DNA of 64,000 nucleotides from Candidatus Gastranaerophilales bacterium (GTDB lineage Bacteria; Cyanobacteriota; Vampirovibrionia; Gastranaerophilales; Gastranaerophilaceae): NCBI GenBank assembly GCA_947588745.1, contig CANPYW010000008.1, positions 446 to 64,445 of the forward strand, read 5' to 3'. Shown piece by piece: positions 57,204 to 64,000 of this stretch (position 1 is its first letter; each line of letters starts with the position of its first letter). The notes under the pieces were generated by a model. It saw only the letters and a program-made list of their open reading frames with translations, ran no database searches and was not told where the DNA came from. The position numbers and the translations under genes were made by a program.

Positions 57204-58337
57204 ATGGATATCAACAATGTAAAAAGAATTGTATTTAAGTTCGGCACAAATGTTTTAAGAAATGACGACAAAGAAATTTCTTTATCAAGAGTTTATTCTT
57301 TTATTGAAGAAATATCTAAACTGCATAAACAAGGTAAAGAAATTATTATCATCACCTCTGGTGCAGTCGGCTTAGGAGAAAAAAAACTTAATGTGGATTC
57401 TTCTTCAAGTATTTCAGTTAAGCAAGCTTGTGCTGCAATAGGGCAATGTCAGTTAATGTCTATTTATGAAGATGGATTTGGCAAATATTCAATAAATACC
57501 GCTCAAGTTTTGCTTACAGAGGACGATTTTTCAAACAGAGTCAAATATTTAAGCTTAAACAATGTTTTAAATACATTATTAGAAATGAATGTTATTCCTG
57601 TAATTAACCAGAATGACACTGTGTCCGCTTCAGAACTTGAATATTATTCTAATCCGGTGTACGGATTAAGCTTTTCTGACAATGATAAACTATCTGCACT
57701 TGTTGCAAGCAAATTAAATGCTGATTTACTTATTATACTTTCAGATATAGACGGATTATACGATGATAATCCGAAAGAAAATAAAAATGCAAAGCTAATT
57801 TCAGAAGTAAATGGTATTACAGCAGAGATTGAAGGTTATGCACAATCAGCCTCAAAAGGCGGAAGAGGCGGTATGATTACAAAACTTCAAGCCGCAAAAG
57901 TAGTTACACATTCGGGCGGATTTGTACTAATCGCAAATGGGAAATCACCGCAAATTATAACAAGAATTTTTTCAGGCGAAAAATTAGGCACACTTTTTGC
58001 TCCGGTTGAACAGTTATCTCAAAAACGACGCTGGATTGCGTATGCAACTAATATCACTGGTCAAATTATAATTAATGACGGGGCTAAAAAAGCTATTAGC
58101 AAAGAAAATAAAAGCCTTTTACCTATCGGTATACTTAAAATTAACGGTTATTTTGATTGCGGTGATGTAATTTCCATTATAGACGAAAACGGAAATGAGT
58201 TTGCAAGAGGAATAGCCAATTATAATTCAGCTGACTGTTCTAAAGTTATCGGAGAACATTCTGATAATATTTTTCAAATACTCGGACATAAAAATTACGA
58301 CGCTATTATAACAAAAGATAATATAGCTATTCTTTAG
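57204..58337 (+). CDS. proB: Glutamate 5-kinase (with C-terminal PUA domain)
   Basis: 377 aa. VFKFGTNVL, ITSGAVGLG, INQNDTV, FSDNDKLSALVA and GGMITKLQAA. PUA segment GQIIINDGAKKAI. Confidence 0.92.
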   Translation: MDINNVKRIVFKFGTNVLRNDDKEISLSRVYSFIEEISKLHKQGKEIIIITSGAVGLGEKKLNVDSSSSISVKQACAAIGQCQLMSIYEDGFGKYSINTAQVLLTEDDFSNRVKYLSLNNVLNTLLEMNVIPVINQNDTVSASELEYYSNPVYGLSFSDNDKLSALVASKLNADLLIILSDIDGLYDDNPKENKNAKLISEVNGITAEIEGYAQSASKGGRGGMITKLQAAKVVTHSGGFVLIANGKSPQIITRIFSGEKLGTLFAPVEQLSQKRRWIAYATNITGQIIINDGAKKAISKENKSLLPIGILKINGYFDCGDVISIIDENGNEFARGIANYNSADCSKVIGEHSDNIFQILGHKNYDAIITKDNIAIL

Positions 58338-58346
58338 GAGTTTAAT

Positions 58347-59633
58347 ATGGCTGATGTTTTTAAAATCGCTCAACATGCAAAAGAAGCTTCAATCAAAATG
58401 CTTCAATTATCGTCTGATATTAAAAATCAAGTCCTACTTAAAATTGCGGATGAGCTTGAATTAAATAAAGACAAAATTTTTTTGGCAAACAATTCTGACC
58501 TAAAAAAAGCAGAAATTAATTTAAAAGAAAATAAGATTTCTAATGCACTCTACAACAGGCTAAAATTAGATGAGAATAAATTTAAAGACATGGTAAAAGG
58601 TGTGCGAGATATTGTAAAGCTTGACGACCCCGTTAATAAAATTCTATGGCAAAAATATATTGCAGACGGGATTATGCTGAAAAAAGTATCTTGTCCGATT
58701 GGCGTTATAGGCATTATCTTTGAAGCAAGACCAGATGTTATTTCGCAAATTACATCTCTTGCAATTAAATCATCGAATGCCGTAATTTTAAAAGGCGGCA
58801 GTGAAGCAGAAGAAACTAATCTGGCAATATTTAACATAATTAACAATGCATTAAATTCTTTTAACAATTTTCCCAAAAATACAGTTAGCCTTATATTTTC
58901 AAGAGATGATGTCAAAGAAATGCTTAATTTAGACAATCTTATAGATTTAATTATTCCACGAGGCTCTAATAATCTTGTAAAATATATAAAAGAGAATACA
59001 AAAATACCCGTTTTAGGACACTCTGATGGTATATGTCATATTTATATTGATGAGTTCGCAGACTGCAATAAAGCATTAAACATAATTATTGATGCAAAAT
59101 GCCAATATCCTTCAGCGTGTAATTCGGTTGAAACAGTGCTTATAAACAAAAAAATCGCAAAAACCATTTTAGAACCGTTATTAAAAAAACTCAAAGATAA
59201 CCACGTAATAATTAATTCAGACAGCGAAATTAAAAGTTTATATCCTGATTATATTTCAAATATTGTTGCCGACTGGCATAAAGAATACAGCGAAAAAGAA
59301 ATTTCAATAAAATTTTCAAACAATACAGAAGAAGCCATTAATCATATTAATACTTTTGGTTCAGGGCATACAGACTGCATTATTACCGAAAACAAAGAAA
59401 ATGCGGAAAAGTTTATGACATTCGTTGATTCTGCGGGGGTATATCATAATATTTCAACACGTTTTGCCGACGGTTTCAGGTATGGTTTTGGTGCAGAAGT
59501 AGGTATTTCTACAAACAAAACTCACGCCAGAGGCCCTGTTGGATTAGAAGGTCTTACCATATACAAATATAAACTTATAGGCACTGGAGATATAGTTAGT
59601 GATTTTGTTTCGGGGAAAAGAAAATTTCTCTAA
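58347..59633 (+). CDS. proA: Gamma-glutamyl phosphate reductase
   Basis: 428 aa. SD AGGAG. IFEARPDV, AVILKGGSEA, IIPRGS, GICHIY, CNSVETVLI and HNISTRFADGF. Confidence 0.92.
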   Translation: MADVFKIAQHAKEASIKMLQLSSDIKNQVLLKIADELELNKDKIFLANNSDLKKAEINLKENKISNALYNRLKLDENKFKDMVKGVRDIVKLDDPVNKILWQKYIADGIMLKKVSCPIGVIGIIFEARPDVISQITSLAIKSSNAVILKGGSEAEETNLAIFNIINNALNSFNNFPKNTVSLIFSRDDVKEMLNLDNLIDLIIPRGSNNLVKYIKENTKIPVLGHSDGICHIYIDEFADCNKALNIIIDAKCQYPSACNSVETVLINKKIAKTILEPLLKKLKDNHVIINSDSEIKSLYPDYISNIVADWHKEYSEKEISIKFSNNTEEAINHINTFGSGHTDCIITENKENAEKFMTFVDSAGVYHNISTRFADGFRYGFGAEVGISTNKTHARGPVGLEGLTIYKYKLIGTGDIVSDFVSGKRKFL

Positions 59634-59732
59634 TTCGTTTCGTCTAGACTTACAAAAACACAAACCGTAATTTTATAAAATATCTGAAGAATTAAAATAC
59701 GATATTTAGTTTTATAATATATTTTTTTTGAT

Positions 59733-59768
59733 AAAAGAAGCGGGAACAATTTTGTTCCCGCTTCTTTT
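59733..59768. terminator. Bidirectional rho-independent terminator
   Basis: AAAAGAAGCGGGAACA-ATTT-TGTTCCCGCTTCTTTT, a 16-bp stem between convergent proA and the 760-aa gene. Confidence 0.75.
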
Positions 59769-59782
59769 ATTATTAAATTAAA

Positions 59783-62065
59783 CTAAACTGTTTCAGGTTC
59801 GTTAACAACAACTAATCCTTTATCAATGAACTCATTTACAATATCTGGATTAACTTTTTTTGCTTTCGGAGCAACCATAACTTCACCATCAACATCATAT
59901 TTACTTTCTATTTCCTGTTTTTGTTTAGGGTTAGAAGTAACAAGACCTGTTTTAGTGTTAATACTATCTAAAACATGCTTTCTTTCAAAATCTTCAAGTT
60001 TGAAATCACCACTGGCAATTTGCATTGTAGTATGATAAAGTGCATTTAAAGTACCGCAATCAGCCCAAGGTTCATTTGTCGGTACTGCTGATACCGTTTG
60101 ATTACCTAAAACTTCTTTTGCTTGAGCTACTTTTTCCATTGGTATTTCAAATTCGGATTCTTTTACAATCTTTGATATATCTTTAGCAATATCTTCTTTA
60201 TCTAATTCAATAGAAGCTTCTTTTAAAACTTTTGAAATTTCATCAGAAGCAGTTTCAATATTTATATCAAAATCCAAAGAATTGTCTTTAATAGATTTTA
60301 CAATTTTGGGAGATATTTCATCAATCTCTATTTCAGGATTGATATCTTTTACTGATTTTGTAATATTATTGGTAATTTCTTTTGAAATTCTGTCAAATTC
60401 CATTGATTTGACAACTTTTGTTATATCGTCGGTAATTTCCTCTATTGGTTTATCTTTAGATAAAGCCATTAAAATCGGAGTATAACATTTAGACCAATCT
60501 CTCGTTTCTTTACCTTTTCCGGCGGGTAAAACGGGATCAATAATATCTAATGCGTTAAATGCTTCATCTGAAACAGCGAATTGGAAAGTATTTGTTAAAC
60601 AATTACCATTTTTTTCATAACCATCCGGAATAACTTTCGGTTTTTCGGCAAACTCTTGAATTTCACTATTATTTCCCAACTTCATAATGCCGAAATTGGA
60701 TTTAGCATCTTCTGATTTTATTTCTTTTGCAATCATAACAATAGAAGATTTTCCTTCAGCCATTCTGTCTACGGTTGTATCTAACGCTGTTTTCATTCTT
60801 GACATTGAATCATTCGGGAATATTGTAATACTTTCTCGACCGGGGCGTGCCATTTTATGATACAAATCACGTGTAAACCCGCCATTTCCTTTATTAACGC
60901 CGGAACGATTTATATATAATTTTATATTTTTTCCTATTTCTAAATTATTACAATCTAACAAACCTTCTTTATGAGCAGTTATAAAAGTTGTTTCCATAGG
61001 CGTTAAACCTGTTGCAGTTCTGAATACACCTTTTGTGGATTGTGCACCGTCTTCTTTCGAATGGAATATACCATCAGATGAAGCGTTTGTATATTCGGCT
61101 CTTGAACCAAAACCACCTGCTAACATTACAAGCTGTGTCTTTTTAGCACCTGGTTTTTCTATAAATTGAGGTAATATAATTTCTTCAGAATCTATTTTCC
61201 TTTTAAATTCTAATATTGAATCAATTATTTCAGGATTAAAACGACCATCTTCCATGCCTATTACCATATCCGTACCTTCTCCAATTGAAGGTAATTTTTG
61301 TCTTTCTTGTACAGTTTGAGGTTCCGGAACAAAAGGAACAAATACATTTCCGGTTTCTTCCATAGAAACGTGAAGCTTGCTTCCGTTTGAATCTGCTTTT
61401 TTAGTTATTTGACCGGCATTAGTCAAAATTACATTATCACCATCTTCTATAACAGAAAGCAATTTTCCTTTTGTATTCAATACATAAGCTTTTTCTTCGG
61501 CATCAGGTTCCTGAACTATTTTTATAGAATACTGTAAAGGCTTTGTAATATCAGTAGGAACATTCATTGGAAGGGGTTGTCTTACCGCCATTTCGTACAT
61601 TATACCGTCTTCTTGTTTTTTTACCTGAGTTCTTGCCTTTGTTACAATTTTTGTTGAACTTGGATTGATATCTTTTGCAGGTTTAAACTTATTTCCGTCT
61701 ATTATAATATCTGTTTTGATTGCGTCATTAAGATAAGGAAGTTCATCTTTAAAACTATCAATAAGATCGGAAGCGGAAATTCTTGACCCTACATCTTCTG
61801 CACCGCCACAAGTAGTCATTGAATTGTTCAGCTTACCAAAAACCTCATGCAGACTTTGTCCAAAACTTACACTTTTTGCAAGCTTAATGCCATGATATGC
61901 CTGATAAGCATTAACTAAGCCTGTTGAAGTATAATTGCCCAAGCTACCTGTCGCATTATTCGGCATAGTTAAAGTTTCTGTTTTCCTCACATGTCCATTT
62001 TTTTGCTGTTTATTAACATTACGAGTGCTTAAATATATTGCACCTGCGTCAATTTTTCCTATCAT
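59783..62065 (-). CDS. Atypical sugar-nucleotidyltransferase (GlgC/NTP_transferase-like core) with 300-aa N-terminal extension and repeat insertion
   Basis: 760 aa. SD AAAGGGG. LVMLAGGFGSR (61100-61123; LAGGxGxR motif), IFPNDSM, SNFGIMKLGNNSEIQEFAEKPK (GlgC-like FG...F.EKP) and EPWADCGTLNALY (like YW.DVGT). N-terminal residues 1-300 are unassignable. Confidence 0.6.
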   Translation of the reverse strand: MIGKIDAGAIYLSTRNVNKQQKNGHVRKTETLTMPNNATGSLGNYTSTGLVNAYQAYHGIKLAKSVSFGQSLHEVFGKLNNSMTTCGGAEDVGSRISASDLIDSFKDELPYLNDAIKTDIIIDGNKFKPAKDINPSSTKIVTKARTQVKKQEDGIMYEMAVRQPLPMNVPTDITKPLQYSIKIVQEPDAEEKAYVLNTKGKLLSVIEDGDNVILTNAGQITKKADSNGSKLHVSMEETGNVFVPFVPEPQTVQERQKLPSIGEGTDMVIGMEDGRFNPEIIDSILEFKRKIDSEEIILPQFIEKPGAKKTQLVMLAGGFGSRAEYTNASSDGIFHSKEDGAQSTKGVFRTATGLTPMETTFITAHKEGLLDCNNLEIGKNIKLYINRSGVNKGNGGFTRDLYHKMARPGRESITIFPNDSMSRMKTALDTTVDRMAEGKSSIVMIAKEIKSEDAKSNFGIMKLGNNSEIQEFAEKPKVIPDGYEKNGNCLTNTFQFAVSDEAFNALDIIDPVLPAGKGKETRDWSKCYTPILMALSKDKPIEEITDDITKVVKSMEFDRISKEITNNITKSVKDINPEIEIDEISPKIVKSIKDNSLDFDINIETASDEISKVLKEASIELDKEDIAKDISKIVKESEFEIPMEKVAQAKEVLGNQTVSAVPTNEPWADCGTLNALYHTTMQIASGDFKLEDFERKHVLDSINTKTGLVTSNPKQKQEIESKYDVDGEVMVAPKAKKVNPDIVNEFIDKGLVVVNEPETV
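60131..60445 (-). repeat. Intragenic tandem peptide repeat (about 5 units of ~17-25 aa, core [DE]-I-[ST]-K-x-[VI]-K-[ESD])
   Basis: EEITDDITKVVKSMEFD / RISKEITNNITKSVKDINPEIEID / EISPKIVKSIKDNSLDFDINIETASD / EISKVLKEASIELDKED / IAKDISKIVKESEFEIPMEK (aa 541-645 of the 760-aa protein). Confidence 0.7.
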
Positions 62066-62140
62066 TTTTACCCCTTTCTTACACGCAGAAACTTTTATAT
62101 TTTTCTATTATTATAAAAACCCCTAAATACAATTTTTGCT

Positions 62141-62184
62141 AAAAAACAAAAAGGAAACTAAATAAAACTTTCAGTTTCCTTTTT
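62141..62184 (-). terminator. Rho-independent terminator after the WG-repeat gene
   Basis: Minus strand AAAAAGGAAACT-13 nt loop-AGTTTCCTTTTTGTTTTTT, a 12-bp stem. Confidence 0.55.
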
Positions 62185-62205
62185 AATATAATACAAACTT
62201 ATAAT

Positions 62206-63483
62206 TTAATCAATTCCAAGACATAATTTCAAAATATTATTTATTTTACTAATATTTGCAAATACAAATGCCTTACGTTCAAATTTAGAAGTATCTTTTG
62301 TTAATGTTAATGTTCCTATTTCTTTATTTTTGTACGAAAGAAGCCACTCGGAATTATCTTTATAAGTATATTTATAGGTCTTATTACCATTAAATATGTA
62401 TATAACACCCGGACTATACATACTCTGCATAGCCATAACATCACCATTTTCACTGAAATACATTATGCTGTCTTTATTACTAGCCTTAAATACCGTTTGT
62501 TTCTTAAATTCTTTTGCTCCCAGATATATATATTCAATTGGAATAATTAATTTATCTTTATCATTTTTTAATCCAACAAAGGAATTTTCATAAACGATAT
62601 AATATTTTTTTCCGTTAAGAGAAAGAACTTGATTAGCAGGTACAAGCTTATTCACGTTTTGCTTGTTATATTCAGAAACTTTATCATTCTCATTTTTATT
62701 TAATTGATTTTTCGTTTCTGATGTTCTAACAGTACCTGGAACTTTCAACTTTTGAATTTCAAATACTTCTTCATTTGATTTATCTAAATCATCTGCAGCA
62801 ATTTTTTCATGGACGATTAAATTAAATCGCTTGTTAACTCTAAGCTCCGGACGCAAATCTCTTGCAAGCATGTATTGAGCTTGTTCTAATTTATCTGAAC
62901 TTGAAACCAAATATAATTCAGATTCCGGCACTAATTTACCATCAAGAGTGTATAGCAAGTATTTTCCACCCAATTTAGCCGCAATATGTTTATCACCATT
63001 ACTATTAGATGTAAGGAAAAGTTTATCATATTTTATATCAAGTATAATATTTCCTTTTTTATCAATAAGCCCATACTGACCCGAACGCTTAACTTTTAAT
63101 AATTCATCAACTTTATATATATCGTCGTAATCAGCAAATATATTATAGTGTTCGTCTAAATTCATATAACCGGTATGCCCGTTTAGAGTTATTTTATATT
63201 CCAACTTATCAGTATTATTCATACGTACAATTTTATCCGCAATGGGATTAAAAATATATTTGTTCGTTTTTGTATCTAATAATCCGTACTTTCCATCATC
63301 TTTAAATTTGATAATTTGAGCCGTATCATTACTTTCTACTACAATATAATTACTTTCGATTGTTTTTGTTTCTTTTTTATTTAGAGGGTTTAAATTTTTT
63401 AAATTAAAATCAAAAGCAAACACAGATTCATTTATACTCAAAAAAGTAATTATAAAGAAACTCACTATTAATATCTTTTTCAT
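62206..63483 (-). CDS. Secreted WG-repeat (KWG / WG_beta_rep) protein
   Basis: 425 aa. SD AAGGAG. Signal peptide ...SINESVFA|FD. Repeats KYGLLDTKTNKYIFNPIADKI, QYGLIDKKGNIILDIKYDKL and VGLKNDKDKLIIPIEYIYL. Confidence 0.65.
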   Translation of the reverse strand: MKKILIVSFFIITFLSINESVFAFDFNLKNLNPLNKKETKTIESNYIVVESNDTAQIIKFKDDGKYGLLDTKTNKYIFNPIADKIVRMNNTDKLEYKITLNGHTGYMNLDEHYNIFADYDDIYKVDELLKVKRSGQYGLIDKKGNIILDIKYDKLFLTSNSNGDKHIAAKLGGKYLLYTLDGKLVPESELYLVSSSDKLEQAQYMLARDLRPELRVNKRFNLIVHEKIAADDLDKSNEEVFEIQKLKVPGTVRTSETKNQLNKNENDKVSEYNKQNVNKLVPANQVLSLNGKKYYIVYENSFVGLKNDKDKLIIPIEYIYLGAKEFKKQTVFKASNKDSIMYFSENGDVMAMQSMYSPGVIYIFNGNKTYKYTYKDNSEWLLSYKNKEIGTLTLTKDTSKFERKAFVFANISKINNILKLCLGID

Positions 63484-63509
63484 AAACTCTCCTTTATTCA
63501 GCTTTCATA

Positions 63510-64000
63510 TTATAACATTAATTCAAGCAAATTTCTTATTTCTGATGTTATATCAGTTTCATACTTAATATTTTTTGCAATAATTTTAGAAAATTTGGAC
63601 TTTTTAAACTCGCCTAAATGTCTTGTTCTATAAAAATTTTCAATATTTCTGCACATTCTGTCAAAATCACTCAATTCACTTTTTGTTACAGGTACTGCAA
63701 CTTCAAACTCATTATTCAATGTTCTTTTAATTAAATTTAATGATAATATATCTTCAAATTCACCCTTTTTTATTACTACAGATTTATCCTTTTTTTGCAA
63801 ATTACTTTGTAATACTTCATTAATATCATTTGCATCTGCATCAAAAAGTATAGTTACCGGAATCTTAAGCTTATTACGCATTAAAGCATACAAATTAGGA
63901 CTTTTACTTTTTCCACCAGCCCCAAGAATATATATTCCACATTTAGAAAAATTATAACCTAACTTATCTGCAAATACGGGAAGTAAAATTTCCTCGGTAA
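63510..64000 (-). CDS. C-terminal Toprim-like (OLD-family nuclease-type) domain protein; N-terminus lies beyond the right window edge
   Basis: The ORF-track entry starts at an internal TTG (63893), but the frame stays open to base 64000: ...TEEILLPVFADKLGYNFSKCGIYILGAGGKSKSPNLYALMRNKLKIPVTILFDADAND... This has a Glu, a G-rich turn and a DxD in the order expected for a Toprim domain. Confidence 0.4.
   Translation of the reverse strand, partial: TEEILLPVFADKLGYNFSKCGIYILGAGGKSKSPNLYALMRNKLKIPVTILFDADANDINEVLQSNLQKKDKSVVIKKGEFEDILSLNLIKRTLNNEFEVAVPVTKSELSDFDRMCRNIENFYRTRHLGEFKKSKFSKIIAKNIKYETDITSEIRNLLELML

Noticed and set aside
1-64000. Searched by eye for CRISPR arrays, rRNA/tRNA genes, transposases, integrases and phage structural genes
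   Set aside because: I found no regularly spaced direct repeats and no rRNA-like conserved blocks. No intergenic gap contains a tRNA-like cloverleaf or T-loop. No ORF has DDE, tyrosine-recombinase or serine-recombinase motifs. The window appears to be chromosomal backbone plus lineage-specific orphans.

Overview
AT-rich (roughly 30% G+C by eye, not computed), gene-dense chromosomal segment. I can support 55 protein-coding genes, 8 rho-independent terminator hairpins, 3 sigma70-like promoter candidates and a few short repeats. Two of the genes are truncated by the window edges and are missing from the ORF track. I saw no rRNA, tRNA, CRISPR array, transposase or integrase. Most of the window is housekeeping: recG, folD, kdsA, msbA-like, dapA, asd, gcvPB, cdaA, lysA, leuB, rplU-rpmA, rpsA, bioA-bioD, CoA-transferase A/B, rsmG and proB-proA. 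Envelope genes (kdsA, msbA-like, UDP-xylose synthase, porin-like barrel, two AsmA-family proteins, GT2 plus GT-C pair) indicate a diderm. A long cyanobacterial-style RecG, an overlapping lysA-cdaA pair, a small conserved HNH protein and a Tic20-like membrane protein make me guess a non-photosynthetic cyanobacterial sister lineage (Melainabacteria/Vampirovibrionia). That is inference only. The unusual parts are: (i) 27.8-42 kb, with a ~1,940 aa orphan protein carrying a split papain/PepC-type Q-C-H-N signature, divergently paired with one of two AsmA-family paralogues that bracket a membrane-anchored HExxH protein and a WG-repeat protein; (ii) four unrelated orphan proteins with a similar polar N-terminus ending in a [VF]-S-[FI]-[KNG] motif, a candidate targeting signal; (iii) a 760 aa GlgC-like nucleotidyltransferase with a 300 aa N-terminal extension and an inserted tandem peptide repeat; (iv) a P-loop plus TPR STAND-like protein coupled to rsmG; (v) a truncated Toprim (OLD-like) nuclease at the right edge; (vi) a 39-nt purine/pyrimidine-alternating tract followed by G10. 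Many ORF-track starts are upstream TTG/GTG codons, and I trimmed these to the ATG that has a Shine-Dalgarno sequence.
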